Source: Torpedo marmorata
Lineage: Eukaryota
Direction: 5' to 3'
DNA length: 64,000 bases
Assembly: GCA_977017645.1 (NCBI GenBank)
Contig: OZ360250.1
Coordinates: forward strand, 32,922,001-32,986,000
The notes under the pieces were generated by a model. That model saw nothing but the letters and a program-made list of their open reading frames with translations. It ran no database searches and was not told the origin of the DNA. Numbering within the stretch: the stretch's first letter is position 1; each line of letters opens with the position of its first letter. This document shows positions 10,368-23,207 of the stretch, one piece after another. The position numbers and the translations under genes were made by a program.

Positions 10368-13300
10368 CAAGATCACAAGATAAAAGAACAGAAGTAGGCC
10401 ATTCGGCCCATCGAGTCTGCTCCGCAACTCCACCCTGAGCTAAACTCTTCTCACATCTAATTCCAATTTCCGGCCTTTTCCCCATATCCCTTGATACCCT
10501 GACTAATTAGATACCTATCAATCTCCTCCTTAAAATCCCCCAATGATCGGGCCTCCACAGCTGTATGTGGCAACAAATTCCACAAATTCACGACCCTCTG
10601 GCTAAAGAAATTCCTCCTCATCTCTGTTTTAAATGGGTACCTTCTAATTCTAAGACTGTGCCCTCTTGTCCTGGATTCGCCCACCAAGGGAAACATCTTA
10701 TTCACATCTACTCTGTCCAATCCTTTCAGTATTCGAAATGTTTCTATGAGATCCCCTCCCATTCTTCTATACTCCAATGGATACAGTCCAAGAGCTGATA
10801 AACGCTCCTCATATGTTAGCCCTTGCATTCCAGGAATCATCCTGATAAATCTTCTCTGTACTCTCTCCAACATCATTACATCCCTTCTAAGATAAGGGGC
10901 CCAAAACTGCACACAGTATTCCAAATGAGGTCTCACCAGTGCCCCATAGAGCCTCATCAACACCTCTTTACTCTTATGCACTATTCCTCTTGAAATGAAT
11001 GCCAACATAGCATTTGCTTTCTTTACTGCCGATCCAACCTGGTGGTTAACCTTTAGGTTATCCTGCACGAGGACCCCCAGGTCCCTTTGCACTTCCGAAT
11101 TTTGAATTTTCTCCCCATCCAAATAATAATCTGCCTGTTTATTTCCTCTTCCAAAATGTTCAACCGTACATTTCTCAACATTATATCTCATCTGCCATTT
11201 CTTTGCCCACTCTCCTAAGCTGTCCATGTCTCTCAGCAACCTTTCGGTTTCTTCAACACTTCTTACACCACCACCTATCTTGGTGTCACCTGCACACTTA
11301 GCCACAAAACCATTCAATCCATAATCGAAATCATCAATATACATTGTAAAAGAAGTGGCCCTAACACTGACTCTTGCAGAACACCACTAGTAACCGGCAA
11401 CCAAACAGAACAGGATCCATTTATTCCCACCCTTTGCTTCCTGCCTATCAGCCAATGCTCCACCCAATCTAATATCTTTCCTGTAATTCCATGGGCTCTC
11501 ATTTTACCAAGCAGCCTCTTATACGGCACCTTATCAAAGGCCTTTTGAAAATCCAAATACACAACATCCACAGCCTCTCCCTTGTCCTACAGTAGGTTGG
11601 TCAGGCAGGATCTTCCCTTCATGAAACCATGCTGGCTTGGACCTATCATGTCATGCACCTCGAGGTATTTCATAACCTCGTCCTTGAGGATTGACTCCAA
11701 TATCTTTCCAACTACCGACGTCAGACTAATAGTCCTGTAATTTCTTTTTTTCTGCCTCCCTCCTTTCTTAAACAGTGGAACTACATTTGCGACCTTCCAA
11801 TCCTCCGGAACCATACCAGAATCTATTGATTTCTGGAAAATCATTTCCAATGCCTCCACAATCTCCAAAGCCACCTCCTTCAGAACCCGTGGGTGTATCT
11901 CATCCGGTCCGGAAGACTTATCTATCTTTAGTCCATTCAGCTTACCAAGCACTATCTCTCTATTAATCCTGACTGTACTTATTTCTATTCCCTGAGACCT
12001 CTGACTATCAGGTATATTGCTATTGTCTTCCTCAGTGAAGACTGACGCAAAATACTCATTTAGTTCCTCTGCCATCTCTTTGTTACCCATTATAATTCCC
12101 CCAGCATCATTTTCAATCGGTCATATATCTACCCGTGTCTCTCTTTTACTCTTTATATATTTAAAAAAACTCAGTATCCTTTTGTATGTTATTTGCCAAC
12201 TTTCTTTCATAATTCATCTTTTCTTTCCTAATAACTTTCTTTGTCTTTTTCTGTGTTTTTAAAAGTTTCCCAGTCCTCTGTTTTTCCACTAGTTTTTGCT
12301 TCCTTGTATGCCCTCCCTTTTGCTTTTATTTTAGTCTTAACCTCTCTTGTTATCCACATTTGTGCCATTTTTCCATTAATAATTTTCTTTTTTCTTGGAA
12401 AATATCTATCCTGCACTTTCTTTATTTCTTGTAGAAATATCATCCAATTCTGCTCTGCTGTCCCTCCATCTAGCTTACTTTTCCAGTCAACTTGGGCCAG
12501 TTCCTCTCTCATATCACTGTAACTTCCTTTGTTCCACTGAAATATTGACACACCTGATATGAGCTTTTCCTTTACAAATTTGAAACTGAACTCAATCATA
12601 TTATGATCACTACTTCCTAAGGGTTCCATTACCTTTAATTCCCTAATCACCTCAGGTTCATTACACATCACCCAATCCAAAACCGCCGATCCCCTGGTGG
12701 GCTTATCGACAAGCTGTTCCAAAAAGCCATCCCTTAGGCATTCTACAAACTCTCTCTCCTGAGATCCAGTACCTTCCTGACTTTCCAAATCCCCTTTCAT
12801 GTTAAAATCCCCCATAATTATTTTGACATTTTCCTTCTGACACACTTTTTCTATTTCCATCTGTAACTCGTAGTCCACTTCCCGGCTGCTGTTTGGTGGC
12901 CTGTATATAACTGCTAATAGGGTCCTTTTACCTTTGCCATTTCTTATAACCATATAACAATTACAGCACAGAAACAGGCCAGTTCGGCCCTTCTAGTCCA
13001 TGCCGAACACCTTCTCCCACCTAGTCCCACTGACCCGCACCCGGCCCATAATTCTCCACACCTCTCTCGTCCATATACCTATCCAACTTTTCCTTAAACA
13101 TTAAAATTGAACCTGCATCTACCACTTCGGCCGGAAGCTTGTTCCACCCTCCCACCACCCTCTGAGTGAAGAAATTCCCCTTTCTTAACTCAACCCATAA
13201 GGATTCTACCACTTCTGACCCTATGTCCCTTCTTTCTAGTGATTTAATATCATTGCTTACCATCAGGGCCACGCCACCCCCTCTACCTACCTGCCTATCT

Positions 13301-13642
13301 TTCCTATACACTGTGTACCCTTGGACATTCAGCTCCCAATCACATCCATCATTAAGCCATGTCTCGGTTATGGCCACAATGTCATATCTTTTAATCTGTA
13401 TCTGCACAACAAGGTCATCTACTTTATTTCTAATGCTTCGTGCATTTAAGTACAGTACACTTAGACCAGTATTTGTTACTGATTTTGCTGTATTTCTATT
13501 GTACTGCAAATTACCCTGTCTTTTCACCTGCCTGTCCTTTTTGTCATTTTTGCTGCACATTATTTTTGACTTTTTTCTATTTTCCTCTTTCTCGACCCTA
13601 ACACCCTGGTTCCATTCTACCCTAATCTCTGCACTCACATTT
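10368..13642 (-). mobile_element. CR1 LINE with near-complete but disrupted ORF2 (APE endonuclease and RT)
   Basis: YLNARSIRNK, AITETWL, GGGVAL, MGDFN, SDHN, YLDFQKAFDKV, RPHLEYCVQFW across ORFs 13638 to 10457; TSD TGTTCA (10362-10367, 13643-13648). Confidence 0.93.
12947..13180 (-). mobile_element. Short CR1 3' end nested in the CR1 endonuclease region
   Basis: GNFFTQRVVGGWNKLP...; flanked by TTTCTTA; (TTATATGG)-type tail as at 31120. Confidence 0.8.
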
Positions 13643-14194
13643 TGTTCATCCCACCTTTATACACCTTTGGGAGGGGTCTGCGTGAGACCCTACATGTTTC
13701 ACACATCTAGCGATTCTTGTTTTTACACATGTTCCCTTGTGGTGTCTGCAGACGGCTGGGAAATGTCAGGGTGTCCTTACTTTTGGTGTATTTACATTAC
13801 TATATTCTTTGTGGTGTTAGTTACTATCTCACTACAGCACAGGGAAGGGCATGTTAGAAGGCGATCACATTCCCACCATGTTACAAGGCAACTATTTTCT
13901 CACCCTTTGTTAAGCATATTTGTTGAACTTATTCTTTCACAAGCCCCTCCCCAGCTTCTTCCTGCACACTTTCCCCCTCACCTTGATGGACGATATCACC
14001 CCTTCCTACTTTAGTCTTGATAAAGGGTCCCAACCCAAAACATTGACTATTATTTTTCTCCACGGACACTGCCTGGCCTGTCGAGTCCCTCCGCCTTCTC
14101 TTTGTTTGCTCAAGATACCAGCACCTGCAATTTTTTGTGATTTTTCTTTCTCCTTTAACCTAATCTCCAACATTAGCTCATTACTTTTGATGTA

Positions 14195-15425
14195 ACTAGG
14201 AAAATGGACAAGGGAGAGCCAGTTGATGTAGTGTACCTGGACTTTCAGAAGCCACATAAGGTCCCACATAGGAGATTAGTGGGCAAAATTAGAGCACATG
14301 GTATTGGGGGTAGGGTACTGACATGGATAGAAAATTGGTTGGCAGACAGGAAACAAAGAGTAGGGATAAATGGGTCCCTTTCAGAATGGCAGGCAGTGGC
14401 TAGTCGGGTACCGCAAGGCTTGGTGCTGGGACCGCAGCTGTTTACAATATACATTAATGATTTAGATGAAGGGATTAAAAGTAACATTAGCAAATTTGCA
14501 GATGACACGAAGCTGGGTGGCAGTGTGAAATGTGAGGAGGATGTTATGAGAATGCAGGGGGACTTGGACAGGTTGGGTGAGTGGGCAGATGCAAGGCAGA
14601 TGCAGTTTAATGTGGATAAATGTGAGGTTATTCACTTTGGTGGCAAGAACAGGGAGGCGGATTACTATCTGAATGGTGTCAAGTTAGGAAAAGAGGAAGT
14701 ACAACGAGATCTAGATGTCCTTGTTCATCAGTCAATGAAAGTAAGCATGCAGGTACAGCAGGCAGTGAAGAAGGCTTGTGGTATGTTGGTCTTCATAACA
14801 AGGGGAGTTGAGTATAGGAGTAGGGCGGTCCTTCTTCAGTTGTTCAGGGCCCTGGTGAAACCATACCTGGAGTATTGTGTGCAGTTTTGGTCTCTAGGTT
14901 TGAGGAAAAATATTCTTACTATTGAGGGAGTGCAGCGTAGGTTCACGAGGTTGATTCCCGGGATGGCGGTACTGTCATATGTAGAAAGATTGGAGCGGTT
15001 GGGCTTGTATACACTGGAATTTAGAAGGATGAGAGGGGATCTGATTGAAACATATAAGATTATTAAGGGATTTGACACACTAGAGGCAGGAAACATGTTC
15101 CCGATGTTGGGAGAGTCGAGAACCAGGGGCCACAGTTTAAGAATAAGGGGTAGGCCATTTAGAACGGAGTTGAGGAAAAACTTTTTCACCCAGAGAGTTG
15201 TGGATCTGTGGAATGCTCTTCCTCAGAAGGCAGTGGAGGCCAATTCTCTAGATGCTTTCAAGAAAGAGTTAGATAGAGCTCTTAAAGATAGCGGAGTCAA
15301 GGGATATGGGGAGAAGGCAGGAACGGGGTACTGATAGTGGATGATCAGCCATGATCACAGTGAATGTCGGTGGTGGCTCGAAGGGCCGAATGGCCTACTC
15401 CTGCACCTATTGTCTATTGTCTATA
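14195..15425 (+). mobile_element. CR1 LINE, 5'-truncated RT
   Basis: ORF 14204-15334: VYLDFQK, VPQG, KFADD, YCVQFW, FFTQRVV. Confidence 0.93.
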
Positions 15426-15668
15426 CTCACTCCATGCTTCAGACATTCTTTGTATCTGAATCAGAATCATGTCACGTATAACATATTTAATGGAGACTTC
15501 AGGCATTATGAAGCCATTTTTATAAGCATTTGGCAGGGACCAGGAAGCTAATCTAAAACAAGCTTTGACCTTCATGGGACCTTCCCTATACCAAGCTACT
15601 TACTATTGTCTCTTGCCCACGAAGTGGTGTGGGTAAGTTCATTTCCCTAACTCTGTTACCTTTCACAG

Positions 15669-15713
15669 TGATGAAGATGAACGCAGCAAACAATGAGTAA
15701 ATTGGAGTGCATA
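15669..15713 (+). other. Candidate 45-nt exon with a stop in every frame
   Basis: Branch point CCTAAC, pyrimidine tract and CACAG acceptor; ATA|GTAAGT donor; unique sequence; one frame reads xDEDERSKQ*. Confidence 0.4.
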
Positions 15714-16191
15714 GTAAGTGTTAATTGTGACTGTTGAAGAAAGCAATGGTCGCTTGTAAATTTAAATGGTGCTCCTGCGTTCCCAAAGGCCTCATTATCT
15801 TTCTGTAATCTACACGCTTACTCTCCGATACTCATAGATCCTTGCAGGGGGATTGATGGAAAGGAAGAGCCAGTGTATTAAGTTAATGACTTTGGTGGGA
15901 GATCAGAGGTGGAAAAATCCATTTCCAGGCATGGCCTCGATAAACAGCGACTGAGCATAACATATGATGTGTTTCCCAGTTTACTGTTCTTATCAAAGGT
16001 TGTTGATGGGACAGATGGAACGCAAAGGGATTTTGAAGCTTTTGGTTCTGTTCAAGATATCAAATTCAAAAATGGGTAAAATCAAGTATTTTTGATTCTG
16101 TTTTAATTTTTGGGCAAATAGATAACATTTCTATTATAACCTGCAACTAAATTGGTGTTAATAATAAATAATTCCTGCATATTCAAAGTCT

Positions 16192-16432
16192 TTTTTTAGA
16201 CATGCAGCACGGTAACAGGCCCTTTTGGCCCACGAGCCCGTGCCGCCCAAATACATCCAATTGACCTACAACCCCACTGTACTTTTTGAAGGGTGGGAGG
16301 AAACTGGAGCACCTGGAGGAAACCCACGCAGACACAGGAGGACCGTACAAACTCCGTACAGACAGCGCCGTATTCGAACCCGGGTCACTGGCGCTGTAAT
16401 AGCGTCACGCTAACCACTACGCTAACCGTGCC
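16192..16432 (-). mobile_element. V-SINE-like element
   Basis: Same head and core as the 6585 copy. Confidence 0.85.
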
Positions 16433-16712
16433 AACCAACAGTCTTCTGTTCTCGCTTGCCTTTTTAACGCTCAAGATACCCGGTCACAATATGACACATT
16501 TACAAGCAACTTGTCAGTAGCTCATGTACGATATCAATGGAAAGCTATATTCCTTTCGTAAAATGCAAGGTTGGAATGCAAGGTTAACAAAATGCAAGAT
16601 TGCAACATGCAAGGTTGAAAAAGTTTAAATGCAAGGTTAGTGTTACAAAAAGGTATTGTCAACAAAGCTTTTCTGATGAAGAAATAAATAAACTATTTTT
16701 AAAGTAGGTCTC

Positions 16713-17003
16713 AGACTCAGAATGAAACACGAAAATCTGTAGACGCTATGATTGTAGTAAAAACAAGTACATGCTGGAGGAACTCAGCCGGACTCACAGC
16801 GTCGATAGGAGGTAAAGATACATAACCAGCATTTCAGACCTGAGCCCTTCTTCAAGGCATGAACAAAAAGCAGGCAGGTGCCTGAATAAAAATGCTGGGA
16901 GAGGAGAGGCAGCGGCCAACAGGCAAAAGGTCGATTATGTATCTTTACCTCCTATGAATGCTGAAAGATCTGCTGAGTTCCTCCAGCATTTCTGTGTTTT
17001 TAT
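16713..17003. mobile_element. Penelope pLTR fragment with inverted tail piece
   Basis: pLTR motifs on both strands; flanked by TAAAGTAGGTCTC duplication. Confidence 0.7.
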
Positions 17004-17357
17004 TAAAGTAGGTCTCTGCAGTTTTCTCAGTTATTATTGGTCTAAATCAAAAATATTCAAGCCCTAAGCATGTGCAGTACAGGTATATGTTGGACAACTC
17101 ATGACAGATGGTTGTGCAGGTTGACAGCCTTTAGCTTCCTTCACAACACTGCATCAATCTACTGATTGTGTTGGAATATCTTTAGGATCTTTCTTTATCT
17201 CTGTGCCCACAGTTAAGTTTCTCTTCCAAAACTAATCTGCATTTTAAGTTCCCATTTACTTAAATCATCTTGAACAAGACTAATCATGTAGGGTTTTGAT
17301 TGACCAGGTTGATTCCAGAAATGAAGGGGTTAGCTTATGAGGAGAGATTGAGTTGAC

Positions 17358-17523
17358 TCAGAAAATCGCAGAAAATAAATGGGTAAAAAATCTGGAAGTT
17401 TAAAATTGGCACGCCTAGCCGTTAGTTCTCCATTTACGCATCACACACTCTCGAGCAACCGGAAAACTCGCTTATCCGGCATCTACCAATCCCCATAGAT
17501 GCCGGATACCAGGGGTTTTACTG
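17358..17523. mobile_element. Partial TcMar-type MITE (CAGTAAAACCCC family)
   Basis: Right end GCCGGATACCAGGGGTTTTACTG shared with the 36699, 52212 and 59629 copies. Confidence 0.7.
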
Positions 17524-17598
17524 TGGTATCAGAAATGGTGAGTAAAGTCACCCAACATAATAAGTTTGAAAAGTAAAGATGAAGAGTCTCAGGAGCAC

Positions 17599-18143
17599 AA
17601 TCAGAATCGGAATCAGAATTTATTGTCATGAACAAGTCATGAAATTCGGTGTTTTGCGGCAGCATCATAGTGCAAACATTCATATTATAACCATCTTACA
17701 ACATTACCATAAGAAAATATAAATAATAGTGCACGAAAAGTAAGGCAGTGTCTTTGGTTCATTGATTATTCAGGAATCTGATGGCAGTGGGGAAGAAGCT
17801 ATCCTTGTGCTGTTGAGTGCTCGTCTTTAGGCTCCTGAACCTTTTTCCCGATGGTAGCAGAGTGAAGAGGGCATGGCCTGGGTGGTGGGGGTCTTTGAGG
17901 ATAGAGACTGCTTTTTTAAGACACCGCCTCATGTAGATGTCCTCGATGGAGTGAAGTCTGGTGCCTGTGATGTCACAGGCCGAGTTAACAACCCTCTGGA
18001 GTTTACTCTTGTCCTGGGAGTTGGTGCCTCCATACCAGGCAGTGATGCAACCAGCTAGAATGCTCTCCACAGTACACCTGTAGAAGTTTACGAGAGTCTT
18101 CGGTGACATACCGAATCTTCGCAGACACCTCACAAAGTATAGC
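17599..18143 (-). mobile_element. Rex1/Babar-like LINE 3' fragment
   Basis: ORF 17759-18133; near-identical to the 7293 copy. Confidence 0.9.
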
Positions 18144-18374
18144 CCAGGTGATTGATGAGTGATTAAGGAAGAATCAGTGAAGGCAGGGTCAACGCACAGG
18201 TATCTGTACTTAACCTTTCAGTTTCTCTTGTAATAAATGTGATGACATCCAAACACTCTGTGCAGTGTGTAACTAAATTGATCTGCTCCTCCAAATGCTG
18301 GCACAAAGACAATGAGTCTAATGCTTTATTTGTGCTCCAGAGTTGATGTTAATGCGAATTTCCAGGAGGGAGCC

Positions 18375-19110
18375 AAGATCTGTCAGATGGAATTTAATAC
18401 TTGGATAAGTGCAAAGTGATGCATTTTGGGAAGCTAAACTCGGACAGTGAAGGACGGGGCCCTGGGGAGCATTGTCTAACAGAGAGAACCTGGGGTACGC
18501 ACATTAGTTCCCTGAAAATGGCGACACAGGTAGACATGGCATTCGTTGCAAGAGTTGGGCTGTCATGTTACGGCTGTGCAGGTCTTTGTTGAGACCACAC
18601 TAGGAATAGTGCACCATTCTGAATGCCATACAATAGGAAGGGAATGATTATTCTAGAGAGGGTGCAGAAAAGATTAATAAGGATGTTGCCAGGACTGGAG
18701 GGTTTGAGTTATGAGGAGAGACTGCATAGGCTGGGGCTGTTTTCCTTGGCGTGAAGGAGGCTGAGGGCTGATGGTATGGAGGTTTAGAAAATCATCAGGG
18801 GAATAGATGGATTGTCAGTCTTTTTCCGAGGCGAGGGGTGGTGGGGGGGGGGGGTGGTGGTGAGGGTCTAAAACTAGAGGGTTTATGGTGAGAGAGGAAA
18901 GATTTATAGGGAATCTGAAAGGCAGATTTTTCACACAGAGGCTGGCGGGCATGGAGAAAGTGATAGAAGTGGATACAATTAGAACATTTGAAAGATCTTT
19001 GGACAGGTAGGACGAGGGAGGGTTAGAGAGGCATGGGACGAAGCTCGGGAAGCTGCCTTGGTCGACATGCATGAGTTGGTTCAAAGGGCCTGTTTCTGTG
19101 TTGTATAACT
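18375..19110 (+). mobile_element. Decayed CR1 3' fragment
   Basis: DKCKVMHFGK and GAGTTATGAGGAGAGACT motifs; many indels. Confidence 0.7.
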
Positions 19111-19142
19111 ATAAATACCACCAAAGAAAGCTCAGCAACATA

Positions 19143-19975
19143 CAAGATTCAAGATTCTTTTATTGTCATGTAATAAAACAGAAAATGTCATATTACACAA
19201 AATTTCCTTTAGTCTACCATAATGCAGACAAAGATTTGCCATCAGCAGAAATTGCCCGGTGCCCCTTACAGTCAGAGAGAAGCAAAAGAGAGTTCTCCCA
19301 GAGTCACTGAGTGTCCATGGATTCGCCTCCAGCACTTCCGCAGCCTCCGCAGCCACACAGCCTTCAGTCCAAACCATCGGCAGCCCGAGCTACAGATCTG
19401 AACCTCTGACACGATCAGGAAGCCTTCAGCGCCCTCGGCACCCTCTCGCATCTTGGTTCCGATACCTGGTACCCCTTCAGCCAGTCTTGAGCCAGTCTCC
19501 AGCAGTCCGCAGCCTGGTGCGAATCCTTTGACCACGGTCACCAACGGCCCACAGCCTGCGTGGTTTCCTCATCTCGAGTTGCCAACAGCCCGCCGCCTTT
19601 GTGTTCCTCAGCTTCAGAACCCCTCACTGATCCGCCGCCGTAGTCACGGTCCCGTGGGTCGTCACCTCTGCTTCTCCTTCTCAGACGAGGGGGGGGGGTG
19701 GTCTCCCCATTTTCTAGTGCACTGCGCCAGTCCTCTACTTCTTTGGAGTCTGCAACCCCTCGTGGCCGCTGCCGAACACGGGCCCAGACTCCGCGGTCGC
19801 AGGATTTTAAAATAAGCCAGCGTCGGCTCCTTTAACAGGCTGTTTAAAGCTGGTATGGAGCTGACGGCAGTCGGACTGTACGTTTGGACCCCGTGGAGAA
19901 ACGCTGTGTCTTCGCTCCCCACGTCCGCACAAGCGGCAGCGCTGCCGTTACAGCAGCTCTGGCAGCGCGGCCAGT
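19143..19975 (-). mobile_element. GC-rich non-coding retroposon with LINE-type (CTTGAAT)n tail
   Basis: Homologous to the 33312, 44352, 47070, 53617 and 62198 copies. Confidence 0.8.
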
Positions 19976-20193
19976 TTTTGCGTTTGCATCCACATTGAAC
20001 AGTGGGTTTGAAACTTGGACACAACAAACGTGCAGCTCATTGTCACTTCACTGTGATGTGTTGAACCACTGGAGGGAGCCCTGCTCCCCGCTATAGGGAT
20101 GGATCATGCCACTTACTAAATTGAGTTTCTCGGAGTAACTGCCAGACAGAAAGTGCTCGATTTGGTTGCCTGCAAAAGTAGGAAGTGAAATTA

Positions 20194-21119
20194 AGAATCA
20201 GAATTTATTGTCATGAACAAGTCATGAAATTTGCTGTTTTGCGGCAGCATCATAGTGCAAACATTCATATTATGAACCATCTTACGACATTACTATAAAA
20301 AACAAATATAAATAATAGTGCACGAAAAGTAAGGCAGTGTCTTTGGTTCATTGATTATTCAGGAATCTGATGGCAGCGGGGAAGAAGCTGTCCTTGTGCC
20401 GTTGAGTGCTCGACTTTAGGCTCCTGTACCTTTTTCCCGATGGTAGCAGAGTGAAGAGGGCATGGCCTGGGTGGTGGGGGTCTTTGAGGATAGAGGCTGC
20501 TTTTTTAAGACACCGCCTCGTGTAGATGTCCTCGATGGAGTGAAGTTTGGTGCCTGTGATGTCACAGGCCGAGTTAACAACCCTCTGGAGTTTATTCTTG
20601 TCCTGGGAGTTGGCGCCTCCATACCAGGCAGTGATGCAACCAGCCAGAATGCTCTCCACGGTACACCTGTAGAAGTTTACGAGAGTCTTCGGTGACATAC
20701 CGAATCTCCTCAGACACCTCACAAAGTATAGCCTCTGGCGAGCCTTCTTTGTGATTGCATCAACGTGGAGGCTCCAGGATAGATCCTCGGAGATGTTGAC
20801 ACCCAGGAATTTGAAGTTCTTGACCCTCTCCACTACTGAGCCCTCGATGAGGACTGGGTCGTGTTCCCCTGACTTCCTCCTGAAGTCCACAATCATCTCC
20901 TTGGTTTTGCTGACGTTGAGCGCAAGGTTGTTGTCGTTACACCATTCAATGAGCTGATCTATCTCCCTCCTGTACGCTTCCTCATTGCCGTTTGTGATTC
21001 TGCCGACAACTGTGGTGTCATCGGCAAACTTGTAGATGGCATTGGAATTGTGCCTGGCCACACAGTCATGGGTGTATAATGAGTAGAGCAGTGGACTAAG
21101 CACGCATCCTTGGGGTGCA
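20194..21119 (-). mobile_element. Rex1/Babar-like LINE, 5'-truncated RT
   Basis: ORF 20348-21103, near-identical to 7449-8204. Confidence 0.92.
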
Positions 21120-21191
21120 CCTTCCTATTTCCTTACAACACAGGAGAAGGCAATTCGGCCCATCTAGAATATGCTGGTCCCTGAAGCACAC

Positions 21192-21758
21192 ACCGAAATG
21201 TTGGAGGATCTCAGCTGGTCTATTCAGCATCTATCGGAGACAAAGATATTTTGCCGACATTTTGGGCCTGAGCCCTTCTTCAAGGAAAAAGGAGAAAAGG
21301 CAGAAGCAGGATATATCAGGAAGTCTTAGAATTCAAACAATAGGGGAGGAATCCAGACCGACAAAAGGTGTTAATTGGATGTGATAAGGGACTAGGTGAG
21401 AATTTATCATGTCTGTGCGAAAGGAGACAGGGAATGGAGAGATGATGTTGGGGGGGGGAGGGGGAAGAAAGGGATGGGGGTGGGGTTTAACGAAAGCCAG
21501 AGAAGTCAATATTAATGCCATCCGGTTGGAGGTGCCCTGTTGGAAGATAAGGTGTGGTTCCCCCATTATTTGAATTCTGAGACTTTCTGATATATCCTGC
21601 TTCTGCCTTTTCTGATTTTTCCTTGAAGAAGGGCTAAGGCCTGAAACGTCGGCAATATATCTTTGTCTCCTATAGATGCTGAAAAGACTGGCTGAGTTCC
21701 TCCAGCATTTCGGTGCATTTACTACAATCACAGCGTCTGCAGCCTATCGTGTTTCACT
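21192..21758. mobile_element. Penelope insertion with inverted pLTR arms
   Basis: Arms about 21190-21345 and 21561-21716 are reverse complements; 17-bp TSD TGGTCC(C/T)TGAAGCACAC. Confidence 0.8.
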
Positions 21759-22056
21759 TGGTCCTTGAAGCACACCCATCAATCCAGTAACCCCACTTTA
21801 TCTGTCTATTAGTCTGTTATATCTCGCACGCTAATCCCGCTGTTAACTACCTGCAATGGGAGCAATTTACAGTTGCCACATCACCTACCATCACACCTTG
21901 TTGTGTGGGAGGAAACCGGAGCACCTGGGGGCAGGATTGAATGAAGCCCCTGGTTCTGCACTGAAGCAGGATTCACTGCACCACCGTGTTGCCCTGTAAA
22001 CTTCCAGTCTTTGCATTGGCCAACAACTCCCACCAATCAATGATTTAGATCCTCTC

Positions 22057-22628
22057 GGCCTTTTCACACTGCCGATATCTTGTGTCCCGGGAAAAGTTCC
22101 AGCGAAGCCTGGACCTCCGGGTTCTTTCAGACTGCAGCCTAACTTACCTGGAGAAGTAGCAACCAGGCAATTTAAGGGCGGTCCCGCCTCCAGCGATGAC
22201 ATCGTGAGTGACGCGTTATGCACTCACAGGAAGTGCTCAGGGCGGCGGAGGCGGCTCAATGCGGATTCAATGGCCGTCTTCGTTACTTGGAGTGTCTGAG
22301 GGGGAGAGGGACAAAAAAGGCTTGCCACCTGCAGTTAAACTGATACCTCCAGCCAAAATGTCATTTGGGTCACACAGAAAATCTATTCATCGCTATGTGC
22401 ATGAAATCCTGGCTGCTGGGTTAACTCGGGACATTTTGCGTGTATAATTAGAAACTTCGCATTGGCAGCGCAACTGTGTTTTCACTGTGTCCTTAGGAGG
22501 ACAAGGAACTGGCAGTGTGGACCGCTTCCCTCGACGAGTGGTATGTGTCAAAATCGCACGCGGGCAAAATCTTGGCTCCGTCGATGTGGAAACCTTTCCT
22601 CCCATCCGTTTCCGACGGATTAATTTAT

Positions 22629-22676
<48 letters not shown>

Positions 22677-23207
22677 TGGAGAATCGACTCAATGCGGGAT
22701 CAATGGTCGTCTTCGTTACCCATAATCCCCCACGCAGATGGAACCGCTCTGCCACTTTGCCAGTGCCAGGGAAACGCAGAGCGGTTCCAGCTGCGTGGGG
22801 GATTATGGGTAACGAAGACGGCCATTGATCCCGCATTGAGCCACCGCCACCATTGTTTTTTGATCTCGGTAAGCTACAAGTTTTTCAATTTTAAAATATT
22901 TTAATATTGTGGCTTAGGTCCCTTTGCCATCATTAAAGTAACATTTATATTGTTGTATCTCTTATTTCTATTTTTATGGGTTTTATGTGACGCAAGCACG
23001 CACGCGCTGACGTCAGTAACATTACGAGGTGAGCCGTTTGCCTTTTCAGACCGCCAGAGGACGGCTGGCGGGTTAAATCGGCCGGGCTCCAAGACTACCC
23101 CCGACTAGGTCTCGGAGCCCGGTCGATTTTCAGATTGGACATTTTACAGGTAGGTTCCAGGGAAATTGGATGGTCTGCCCACATGAACTCGGCGGTGTGA
23201 AAAGGCC
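22057..23207 (+). mobile_element. PIF/Harbinger-like non-autonomous element with internal hairpin and (GT)n
   Basis: TIRs GGCCTTTTCACACTGCCG / CGGCGGTGTGAAAAGGCC; remnant FGSHRKSIHRYVHEI resembles a Harbinger transposase HTH; no clean TSD. Confidence 0.72.

Larger units (their letters stand above)
10190..13941 (-). mobile_element. Solo LTR (about 470 bp net) split by a 3.3-kb CR1
   Basis: Ends TGTGAAAG...CTTTCACA; 4-bp TSD AGCC (10186-10189, 13942-13945); TTTATT near 10264. Confidence 0.78.

Noticed and set aside
13166-14014. 282-aa plus-strand ORF
   Set aside because: Antisense shadow of the CR1 endonuclease running into LTR sequence
14204-15334. Active or domesticated RT gene
   Set aside because: 5'-truncated CR1 with no endonuclease and a damaged KAFDKV motif (KPHKV)
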